This document shows positions 27,992-36,380 of a stretch of 64,000 nucleotides of DNA, piece after piece. The position numbers were made by a program, and so were the translations under genes. How positions within the stretch are numbered: position 1 is the stretch's first letter; every line of letters starts with the position of its first letter. Source of the stretch: Acidobacteriaceae bacterium (GTDB lineage: Bacteria; Acidobacteriota; Terriglobia; Terriglobales; Acidobacteriaceae); NCBI GenBank assembly GCA_027323885.1, contig DAHVZT010000118.1:2333-66332 (forward strand). The letters are read 5' to 3'. The notes beneath the pieces are model-generated. The model searched no databases, had not been told where the DNA came from, and worked only from the letters and a program-made list of their open reading frames with translations.

Positions 27992-30900
27992 TCAGGTCAG
28001 CTGCTGAGCAGGATTGAACTTGGAACTCACGGTGCGCGGAAGATCCTGCGGCGGAGCAACCTGGACGGGCTTCTCGTGGAGGAGCAACTCCGTGGCCCGC
28101 ACCCGCGGGTCGGCATGGAACCAGCGCTGAAACGGTTTATTGGCCAGCAGGTTGGTGATGGCCAGCAGCGACATGCCCTGGTGATGCGCCATCCAGGAAC
28201 GCACCAGCGTGTACTTGGAGCCGGGCGGGTGCTGCGTGTTGGCTGAATAATCCGCAGATTCGTAAAAGCCGAATTCGCCCAGCCATCCCATCTTTTCCAT
28301 TTCGTACAGGTTGGCCAAGGCGCTTCCGCGGTCCGCTTCCAGGGCAAGGACCGTCGCGTAGGGGGCAATCACCAGAAACTCTCTGGGAGGGGGATTCAAC
28401 GCCAGAGTAGGGACTCCGAACGCGTGGTATTGATAGTTCCCCTGGGAATCGCGCTGACTGTGGCTCGCTTCGGAAATACCCCACGGCATGCGCCGCCGCC
28501 CGATGAATTGTCGCTGCGCGGTCACTACCAGCGGTAAAGACTGCGCCAGCAGGGTTTCCGGGGAAGTTTGCATCCAAAGCGTTGGCATCATGTACTCAAA
28601 CATGGTTCCCGACCAGGACATCAGCACCGGAGTGCCCTCAATGAGTGTGGTTTTGCGCGCCACGCGGAACCAACTCTCCTGCAGCACATCTCCTTTCCCG
28701 ATGGCGAGGAACATGGCGGTGCGCGCTTCCGAAGCAAGCAGGTCGTAGCAGGAGTTCAGCAGATGGTCGTTTTCCGTGTCGTAGCCAATGCTGAGCAAGC
28801 GGCGGTAAGGATCGAGCATCACGCGGAAGTCCGTTTCCTGGAACATGCGTTCGCTGAGTTCCGCGATTCCATTCAGGTCCGAGATCAACGCGGTGAGCCG
28901 GTGTTCGCTGGCATGGAGCGCATCTTCCAGCTCCATGGCCGCGTTGGAATTTCTGTCCTCCGGCTGCATCTCCGCCAATGCGGCAAGCAGACTGCGGCAG
29001 TGCTCCAGGCAAGTTCGCGGCGTGTAGAAGTCGAGCGTCTTCTCCTCCACCTTCGTTTTGGTCAGGACGGCCCGGAAACGGGGCTGGAGCCATGGCAGAT
29101 AATCCTGCACCAGCGAGACAATTGCTTGGACTCGGATTCCGGTGTGCTTTGCTTTGTACGTTTGCGGCACATCCAAGGTCAGCAGAGAACTCAGCCACTC
29201 CGTGTCCCCGCTCTGCAGAATGCGCTTCAAGTTCCGCTCGAAGTCGGTGGGCTTCTCGATGTCGTTCACGACATCAAGGAGGCCCTCCCGCAGGCTCGGG
29301 AGTAGCGGAATCCGCTGCATCTCCAGGGTGCCCATGGACAGGCTGCACAGGGACGCCAGAAAATTGCCGCTGTCCACGCTGGAGGCGATCAGTGGCTTGA
29401 TCGTTTCCAGTGTGGTGGTCGTGTACCAATTCAGCAGATGGCCTTTCCATTTGACGATCCGCTCGAGGGTGTGCAGATTGGCCAGCGTCTGCTGGGCATA
29501 TTCCGGCAGAGTCAAATAGCCCATGACGACAGCAGCCTGCCGTGCGTTCAATTGCAGCCCGGCATTGGTGGGAGACAGGCGTGAAGCTTCCCGATGGCCT
29601 TCCTCCTGTACATTGTCCGGCACAAGCCCGTGGTTGTGGGGCCCTACATATTGCACAAAGTAAAGCCAGGTACGCCACGCCACTTTGCGCAGGAAACGCA
29701 CATCTTTCGGGGTAAGTTTGGGTTGCAGATCGTGTGGAGAACGATTGAGCCACAGCGTGATGGGTTTGGTCAGGGCCCAGAGAATCAAAATCGGAAGCGC
29801 CCACGGCAATGCCTTCGGACGCACCCAAAATACAAGCAAGGCGACAGCCAGCGAGAGCAGCGGAACCAGACGCATTGTGATTTCCACTGGCGTCTCTTTC
29901 TTGTTGCCCATCTCGGCCTCAGCCGCTGTCTCCCATTCCAGCAGCCGTTCCCCGGTTACAAAACTGCGGACCAGAGAGCGCAGGATCGCGTCCAGTATGA
30001 GCAGGGTTTGATGAGCAAGGAAGACGAAATTCAGCGCGGTGGAGAACAGCAGGCCAAGGGAGTCCCGCAGGGACTGGCGGACGTATCCGCCCTGTTCGGC
30101 CAAGCTGGCGCGCACCATGGAAAATACAAATTGCACAAAGACGGGAACAAAAACGATCAGCAGAGTGGCAAGGGTCCAGTAGCCGGGCGTTCCGGGCAGC
30201 CAGAGCCAACCTGCTACCAGCAGGAGGAATGTGGCGGGTTCCACCAGGCTGCGCCGAAGGTTATCGAAGATTTTCCAGCGCGAGATCGTGGAAATCGGGT
30301 TAGGAACGGAATGTCCCGACTCGTCGGGCACGCTTCCCAGAAGCCAGCGCATGATCTGCCAGTCGCCGCGAACCCAGCGATGTTTGCGACGATTTTGCGC
30401 GCTGTAATGAGAAGGGTAATCGTCCATGACTTCCACATCGGTCAAAAGGCCCACGCGCGCGTACGCGCCCTCAATCAGGTCGTGGCTGAGCAGGGAATTC
30501 TGTGGAAAGCGGCGATCCAGGACCTCGTGCAGAATCTGAATTTCATACAGCCCTTTGCCCGTGAAAATACCTTCTCCGTAGAGGTCCTGATACACATCGG
30601 AGATCGCGCGCGTGTAGATGTCGAAGCCGGTTTGTCCGGAATAAATGGAAGCCAGACGCGAACGGGCCACGGAGTGCACCGTGATGCCCACGCGAGGCTG
30701 CATAATTCCATACCCCTGGGTGACAATACGGCGTCTGGGATCCAGGATGGCGCGGTTGAGGGGATGCGCCATCGCGCCCACCATGCGCCGGACAGAGTCG
30801 CGGGGCAGTTTGGTGTCGGAGTCCAGCGTTAGAACATAACGCATGCCCTCCAGCACCGATACGTCGCCAGCTTTGAACGGGAAGCAATCCACGCCACCCA

Positions 30901-32407
30901 TAATGAGCCGGTTCAGGTCGAGAAGCTTGCCACGTTTACGCTCCCAACCCATCCAAACGCCCTGCCGGGGATTGAAGATGCGATGGCGGTGCAGCATAAG
31001 AAACCTGCCTCCGCGAGAGCCTGCGTAGCGACGATTCAACTCGTCAATGAGATTGCCTGCGAGGATGACCAGCGGATCAATGTCGCGCTCCCGCGGCTTC
31101 TCCGTGGAGTCTGGAAGGTCCGTCAGAAGCGCGTAGTGAATGTTCGGGTCCTGATTGGCAAGACACCGCACTTCCAGTTCCGAGGCCAGCTCCCGCACCT
31201 GTTTCTCATTCAACAGAAGTGTAGGAACGGCCACCAGCGTCTTGCAGTCCGCGGGCAGGCCTTCGGAAAAGTCCAGTTTGGGCAGCGCTTGCGGTTTCAG
31301 CAGAGCGGTTACCGTATGATTTACCAGTTCCACCGCGCCCTGAGAAACAGGCAGCAATAGAAAGAGGAACGCGATGGCCAGAGCTCCCAGGGGATTGTAG
31401 AGCGGAACCAGTGGGATCAATATGGCGGCGATCACTACCAGAGCAATCGTCTGGATTGCGCCGAGGTAGAAATCGTCGGGATAGGACTGAAGGGCCGAAC
31501 GGACCCGGTCCAGCACTCGCGGCCGGAAGCCGCATCTGGATTTCAGTTCCCTGGTCCCGGCATCCACAATGTAGTAGCCGATGTGAGAACAGCGCGCGGT
31601 GACGCGTTCATTTGCGTTCGGCTGCCGGGCTGCCTGGCGCGCCATTTCGAGCGCCAGAGTAGCTACCTCAACCTCATTCATCGGGCTGCGTTCCGCAATT
31701 TTCGACAGAGCGGTGCGATACATATCGCGGCTGTCGAAATCCATGCGGGCGTAAACCTGAGCGGGATCTTCGCGAAGGATCGGCTCAAATGGAACCAGCG
31801 GTTCCAGAATGTTGGACCAGACCGGCAGGCTGACTTCATGCAGGCAGAGCATGGCAGCATCGAGCGCATCATCGCTGGCAGGCAGATTGCTGAAGGCGCC
31901 CGCCGCCTGAGAAAGGATCTCCTCGAGCAAAACCAGCTTCAGCGCAATTGGTGTGGCCCACAATTCACGCAACGTGAGCGGCTCTTCTACTTGATAGCCC
32001 TGGAAGAATGTGGAGAGCCCGGAGATGCTCCACTGATATTTTGCCGCTTTTAGATAAGCATCCGCGATGCCTGCAATCCGAGGTGTCTCCACGCCGGTAA
32101 CGCTGCGGGCAAACGGAAGTTTGACCAGAATACGCATCGAGCTCTGGATTTCTATACCGGAGGAGCGCAAAAGCCGCGTGTTCCCCTGGAGCCGCTGAAT
32201 GCCGGGGCGCAATTCCTCCTGCCGGGTTTTATGGGCTTGAACCTGGTCATCGGCATACTGCGCTAGGGCAAAGGCGGACCCGATTGTAAGCAGCGTCTGC
32301 TGCTGAAACTGGGCGATCTCCGTCGGCCGCGCCAGCAATCTTTGACGCGCTGCAAAGGTCTGGCCCTGCGAGGAAAGGTCGAGAGCGGCTGGTTCCATCG
32401 GTTTCAT
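27992..32407 (-). CDS. Cyclic beta-1,2-glucan synthase-like membrane protein (GT84-type domain + alpha/alpha-barrel 'cyclisation' domain, no GH94 domain)
   Basis: 1471 aa with TM pairs around a cytoplasmic glycosyltransferase domain (LTLDSDTKLPRD, YGIMQPRV, LSHDLIEGAY, HRWVRGDWQ). The second half has SPTNAGLQL, SSVDSGNFLASL, YDLLASEARTA, SWSGTMFEYMMPTLWM, QGNYQYHAFGVP and VIAPYATVLAL. I recall these as the Cgs/ChvB/NdvB blocks. The ORF ends where the GH94 phosphorylase domain would begin. Confidence 0.7.
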   Translation of the reverse strand: MKPMEPAALDLSSQGQTFAARQRLLARPTEIAQFQQQTLLTIGSAFALAQYADDQVQAHKTRQEELRPGIQRLQGNTRLLRSSGIEIQSSMRILVKLPFARSVTGVETPRIAGIADAYLKAAKYQWSISGLSTFFQGYQVEEPLTLRELWATPIALKLVLLEEILSQAAGAFSNLPASDDALDAAMLCLHEVSLPVWSNILEPLVPFEPILREDPAQVYARMDFDSRDMYRTALSKIAERSPMNEVEVATLALEMARQAARQPNANERVTARCSHIGYYIVDAGTRELKSRCGFRPRVLDRVRSALQSYPDDFYLGAIQTIALVVIAAILIPLVPLYNPLGALAIAFLFLLLPVSQGAVELVNHTVTALLKPQALPKLDFSEGLPADCKTLVAVPTLLLNEKQVRELASELEVRCLANQDPNIHYALLTDLPDSTEKPRERDIDPLVILAGNLIDELNRRYAGSRGGRFLMLHRHRIFNPRQGVWMGWERKRGKLLDLNRLIMGGVDCFPFKAGDVSVLEGMRYVLTLDSDTKLPRDSVRRMVGAMAHPLNRAILDPRRRIVTQGYGIMQPRVGITVHSVARSRLASIYSGQTGFDIYTRAISDVYQDLYGEGIFTGKGLYEIQILHEVLDRRFPQNSLLSHDLIEGAYARVGLLTDVEVMDDYPSHYSAQNRRKHRWVRGDWQIMRWLLGSVPDESGHSVPNPISTISRWKIFDNLRRSLVEPATFLLLVAGWLWLPGTPGYWTLATLLIVFVPVFVQFVFSMVRASLAEQGGYVRQSLRDSLGLLFSTALNFVFLAHQTLLILDAILRSLVRSFVTGERLLEWETAAEAEMGNKKETPVEITMRLVPLLSLAVALLVFWVRPKALPWALPILILWALTKPITLWLNRSPHDLQPKLTPKDVRFLRKVAWRTWLYFVQYVGPHNHGLVPDNVQEEGHREASRLSPTNAGLQLNARQAAVVMGYLTLPEYAQQTLANLHTLERIVKWKGHLLNWYTTTTLETIKPLIASSVDSGNFLASLCSLSMGTLEMQRIPLLPSLREGLLDVVNDIEKPTDFERNLKRILQSGDTEWLSSLLTLDVPQTYKAKHTGIRVQAIVSLVQDYLPWLQPRFRAVLTKTKVEEKTLDFYTPRTCLEHCRSLLAALAEMQPEDRNSNAAMELEDALHASEHRLTALISDLNGIAELSERMFQETDFRVMLDPYRRLLSIGYDTENDHLLNSCYDLLASEARTAMFLAIGKGDVLQESWFRVARKTTLIEGTPVLMSWSGTMFEYMMPTLWMQTSPETLLAQSLPLVVTAQRQFIGRRRMPWGISEASHSQRDSQGNYQYHAFGVPTLALNPPPREFLVIAPYATVLALEADRGSALANLYEMEKMGWLGEFGFYESADYSANTQHPPGSKYTLVRSWMAHHQGMSLLAITNLLANKPFQRWFHADPRVRATELLLHEKPVQVAPPQDLPRTVSSKFNPAQQLT

Positions 32408-34251
32408 CGGTAGCTGGCCGCCTGCATTTCGAACATTTCCGCATAGAGGCCGCCCCGCAGCATCAACTCCGAGTGGGTACCTTCTTCCGTCAGCACTCCG
32501 TGCGAGAGCACCACGATACGATCCGCCATCTTCACGGTTGAAAAACGATGCGAGATCAGCAGCGCCATTTTGCCCCTTGTGAGCTCCGCGAAGCGCTGGA
32601 AGACTTCGAGTTCGCTGCGGGGGTCCAGTGCGGACGTGGGCTCATCCAGAATGAGCAATTGCGCGTCGCGCAAGTAGGCCCGGGCGAGCGCCATTCGCTG
32701 CCACTCGCCGCCCGAAAGATCGACGCCTCCCTCAAAGCGGCGCCCAAGCTGCTGGTGCATGTGCTCCGGTAGTTTTGCGATCACTTCATCCGCCAGGCTC
32801 ATTTTCGCCGCCTCTGCAATTCGCTCGATGTTCTCCCGCTCTTCGATTCGTCCTACTGCGATGTTGTCGCGTGCGGTCATTTCGTAGCGCATGAAATCCT
32901 GGAAAATCACTCCTGTCTCGTGGCAGAGATCTTCCAGGTTGTACTCGCGCAAATCCACGCCGTCGACCAGAATCTCGCCCTCCGTCGGATCGTAAAGGCG
33001 CGTGATCAGTTTCACGATCGTGGTCTTACCCTGACCATTTTCGCCTATCAGCGCGACCCGCTCGCCCGGATGCAGGTGGAAATTGAAGTTTTTTAACACC
33101 AGCCGCGTCGTTCCGGGATAGGCGAAGGAGACGTTGCGAAACTCAAAACCTCGCCGGATAGGCCGTGGGATCATGATGGCTCCCGGCTTGGTGCGAACGG
33201 CTGGCTCCATGGCGAAAAAACCGAGGAGGTCTGTCAGGAACAGAGCTTGATCCGCCACTCCCGAGGCATTGACGAAAATCTGTTGCAGGTTCGCGCTTAC
33301 CTGCAGGATTGCGTTCGTCAGTACAACCAGCACGGCAACCTGGAACCTGCCGCGGATGGTATCCCACAGCACGAGCGCGTAGGCGCTGTAATACCCGGCG
33401 GTGGCCAGCAGGGAGAGCAGGGCGCCAGCAAAAAGCTTGCGTTTCGACAGGGAGACATTTTGAGTGAAGATCGTGTCCGCCATGCTGCTGAAACTGCCGA
33501 TCAGGAAGTCGCGCAATCCGAAAAGCTTGAGCTCTTTCGCCGCCTCTTTGCTGCCGCCAACGTCACGCAGGTAATCCATCTTGCGGCGCAGAGGCGTTTG
33601 CATAAAATTCTTCGCATAGCCCAGAAAAGCGAAATGGCTTTCGCCAAGCAGCGCTGGAATGGTGCCTGCGATCAGCAGCAGCAGCAGCCAGGGTGAATAT
33701 TTGGCGATGTAGAGCGCGAGGGAAATCGTGGTCAACAGTTGTTGGGTCAATGTTCCGATCATCTGGATCATCGCAATACGGTCGGTTGCCTGAGCTTTTG
33801 CCCGTTCGAGCCGATCGTAGTAGTCGGGGTTTTCGAACGCGGTAATGTCAAGCTGCGATGCGTGTTCAATCACGCGCACGCTGATGTGCTGCAGGTACAA
33901 ATCCCCAAGCAGGCTGTCGCAAAACCCGACGCCCCTGCTCAGGATGGCCGCGAGCGACGCCAGACCGAATTCCAGTGCTACGACCCACCAGAAATACTCA
34001 GGCAGTCCGGTATGGTTCGAAAGGCTGACGACGATTGCGTTGATCAGCCAGCGTGAAACGGCGAGAATCGCGACTGGCACTCCTGCAAGTGCGAGGCGCA
34101 AAAGTATCGACCAGACTACCGTCTTTGGTCCGCAATCCCACACCATCCGCAGGATGGGAGGAATATTGCGCATGGCGCTGATTCGCGTTCGCCAGGTGTC
34201 GCCGTACGATTTGGGAGTTGTGGTTTCTTTCACTCTTGCCCGAAGCTGCAT
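32404..34251 (-). CDS. ABC exporter (fused TMD-NBD), ChvA/NdvA-like by context
   Basis: 615 aa: a six-helix TMD plus an NBD (Walker A GENGQGKTT, signature LSGGEWQRMALARA, Walker B LLILDEPTSALD). Its TGA overlaps the ATG of the glucan-synthase-like gene (ATGA, 32404-32407). Confidence 0.85.
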   Translation of the reverse strand: MQLRARVKETTTPKSYGDTWRTRISAMRNIPPILRMVWDCGPKTVVWSILLRLALAGVPVAILAVSRWLINAIVVSLSNHTGLPEYFWWVVALEFGLASLAAILSRGVGFCDSLLGDLYLQHISVRVIEHASQLDITAFENPDYYDRLERAKAQATDRIAMIQMIGTLTQQLLTTISLALYIAKYSPWLLLLLIAGTIPALLGESHFAFLGYAKNFMQTPLRRKMDYLRDVGGSKEAAKELKLFGLRDFLIGSFSSMADTIFTQNVSLSKRKLFAGALLSLLATAGYYSAYALVLWDTIRGRFQVAVLVVLTNAILQVSANLQQIFVNASGVADQALFLTDLLGFFAMEPAVRTKPGAIMIPRPIRRGFEFRNVSFAYPGTTRLVLKNFNFHLHPGERVALIGENGQGKTTIVKLITRLYDPTEGEILVDGVDLREYNLEDLCHETGVIFQDFMRYEMTARDNIAVGRIEERENIERIAEAAKMSLADEVIAKLPEHMHQQLGRRFEGGVDLSGGEWQRMALARAYLRDAQLLILDEPTSALDPRSELEVFQRFAELTRGKMALLISHRFSTVKMADRIVVLSHGVLTEEGTHSELMLRGGLYAEMFEMQAASYR

Positions 34252-34448
34252 CTTACATAGGTTGAAATGAAGAACAAAGAATTTCTGAAATCATCAAAGC
34301 ACACTTCGTCATGCAGCAACGGTGGTCCCGGGGTATTGGCGTCCGGAACTCGGATTGATTCCCTCAATCGTACTGCTTGGATGGGAGGTGTGCATGATTG
34401 TTTGCCTGAGGCGGTTACGACCGTTGGCCGAGTCCCAAATATCCATAT

Positions 34449-36380
34449 ATGACACAACGAGCAATTGAATCCTGCGGCGTTATTGGCGATCTGCATACCG
34501 TGGCTCTGGTCGCAATGGACGGAACGATCGACTGGTGCTGCTTTCCCCAGTTTGATTCTCCCAGCGTTTTTGGCGCCATTCTGGACGAAAACAAGGGAGG
34601 ACATTTTCGCATCGCTCCAGCGGAGTCTGGCACCAACCGGCAGATGTATATGCCGGAAACCAACGTCCTGCTGACCCGGTTTATGCGCGCGGAAGGCGTA
34701 GGCGAAGTGATCGACTTTATGCCTGTGCGCACTGACCGTGCCAAAGAAAGCGCTTCCGTGACGCACGAGATTGTGCGCATCGCGAGGGCGGTCCGGGGCG
34801 CGGTGCGATTCCGGCTGGAGTGCGCACCTGCGTTCAACTATGCGCGGACATCTCACTCGCTTCGGGAGATCGATGGCGGAGTCGCATTCGAGACAGACAG
34901 CGAGCGCATGCTGCTGCTTGGGCCGGGCCCGTGGGAAATCCAAAATGGTATCGCCGTCGCGCAATTTACCTTGGAGCCCAATCAGACCGCAGAGTTCTCG
35001 CTGCGTTATCTGGCCGCTTCCGAGGATGTAGGTCAACAAGCTCCCGTGGAAGGCAGTTCCATGATGGACGACACGCTCGTCTTCTGGCGTGAGTGGCTGT
35101 CGCACTGCAAATACGAAGGCCGCTGGCGAGAGAACGTACTTCGTTCCGCGCTGACACTGAAGATGCTGACGCACCACCCGACGGGGGCAATTGTGGCCGC
35201 TCCCACCACAAGCTTGCCGGAATCCATTGGCGGCGAGCGCAATTGGGATTACCGCTATACGTGGGTGCGGGATTCCTCCTTTACCGTATATACGCTGATC
35301 CAGTTGGGATTCACTGAAGAAGCGACCGCGTTCATCGAGTGGCTGGCGAAACGGATTCAGCAAGCCACGAGCGATCCTTCCAACGGGGAGCATCGGGAAG
35401 ACAAGCTGGCCACCGGCAAGCAGTTGCCGGAGGACAAGCCTGCCCAGGAGAATTCGCCTCAGGTAAACGCCAGGACAGGTCATCCCGTGCCCGACGACCC
35501 GCTGAACGTGATGTATTCCGTGGAAGGGAAGTCTGACCTGACTGAAATTACGCTGGACCATTTTTCCGGGTACAGAGACTCGCGACCGGTCCGCATTGGG
35601 AATGCAGCGTACAACCAGCTGCAGCTCGACATTTACGGCGAAATGATGGACGCCATTTACCTCTACGACAAGCACGTGTCGGGAATTTCCTACGACATTT
35701 GGCAGCGCATTCGCGGTGTTCTGCAATGGGTCGCCGACAACTGGAACCAGCCTGACGACGGTATGTGGGAGGTGCGCAGCAAGCGACAGAATTTCGTGTA
35801 TTCCAAAATGCAGTGCTGGGTCGCGCTCGACAGGGGGCTGCGGCTTGCGGAAGCGAGAAGCTTGCCCATCGATCGCGTGCGGATGGAAAAAGCTCGCAAT
35901 GAAATCTTTGAATCCATCATGAAGAACGGCTGGGACGCCGAGCAGCAGTCATTCGTTCAGGCTTACGAATCGCATGCGCTGGACGCGGGCAACTTGCTCA
36001 TGCCGATTGTCTTCTTTATCGCCCCGACGGATCCGAGGATGTTAAGCACCATCGATCGCACCATTGAGAAGCTGGTTTCCGACAGCCTTGTGTACAGGTA
36101 TGAGCTGGACGGCGGAAGCAGCGCCTGGGACGGTCTTGCGGGTTCGGAGGGTACTTTCAGCATGTGTACCTTCTGGTTGGTGGATGCCCTCGCGCGTGCG
36201 GGGCGCCTGGAAGATGCTCGTTTCATCTTCGAGAAGATGCTGACGTATGCAAACCACCTTGGCCTCTACTCGGAAGAGATCAGTCCAACCGGAACCGCAC
36301 TCGGCAACTTTCCCCAGGCGTTTACACATCTTGGCTTGATAAGCGCCGCATCCCATCTTGATAGAAAACTACGAAAGTGA
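34449..36380 (+). CDS. Glycoside hydrolase family 15 (glucoamylase/trehalase-type)
   Basis: 643 aa with GVIGDLHTVALVAMDGTIDWCCFPQFDSPSVFGAIL, GAIVAAPTTSLPESIGGERNWDYRYTWVRDSSF, EGTFSMCTFWLVDALARAG and GNFPQAFTHLGLI. Confidence 0.85.
   Translation: MTQRAIESCGVIGDLHTVALVAMDGTIDWCCFPQFDSPSVFGAILDENKGGHFRIAPAESGTNRQMYMPETNVLLTRFMRAEGVGEVIDFMPVRTDRAKESASVTHEIVRIARAVRGAVRFRLECAPAFNYARTSHSLREIDGGVAFETDSERMLLLGPGPWEIQNGIAVAQFTLEPNQTAEFSLRYLAASEDVGQQAPVEGSSMMDDTLVFWREWLSHCKYEGRWRENVLRSALTLKMLTHHPTGAIVAAPTTSLPESIGGERNWDYRYTWVRDSSFTVYTLIQLGFTEEATAFIEWLAKRIQQATSDPSNGEHREDKLATGKQLPEDKPAQENSPQVNARTGHPVPDDPLNVMYSVEGKSDLTEITLDHFSGYRDSRPVRIGNAAYNQLQLDIYGEMMDAIYLYDKHVSGISYDIWQRIRGVLQWVADNWNQPDDGMWEVRSKRQNFVYSKMQCWVALDRGLRLAEARSLPIDRVRMEKARNEIFESIMKNGWDAEQQSFVQAYESHALDAGNLLMPIVFFIAPTDPRMLSTIDRTIEKLVSDSLVYRYELDGGSSAWDGLAGSEGTFSMCTFWLVDALARAGRLEDARFIFEKMLTYANHLGLYSEEISPTGTALGNFPQAFTHLGLISAASHLDRKLRK

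Noticed and set aside
32246-32257. YADD tetrapeptide in the N-terminus of the 1471-aa protein, which resembles a reverse-transcriptase active site.
   Set aside because: It is an isolated match with no surrounding RT motifs. The protein is otherwise clearly glycosyltransferase-like.
34267-34452. 61-aa plus-strand ORF in the divergent spacer between the ABC exporter and the GH15 gene.
   Set aside because: It has no Shine-Dalgarno sequence, its composition is unremarkable, it runs into the GH15 start, and it occupies what must be promoter DNA for two operons.
34230-35726. 498-aa minus-strand ORF opposite the GH15 gene. Similar long antisense ORFs occur at 5977-7062, 10195-11136, 11152-12702, 13553-14842, 24705-25673, 26273-27610, 39655-40920, 44432-45697, 48931-50520, 52747-53652 and 61728-63002.
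   Set aside because: All of them lie fully inside genes whose opposite strand carries clear family signatures. Long stop-free antisense frames are expected at ~60% G+C. Their products are Arg/Pro/Gly-rich and motif-less.
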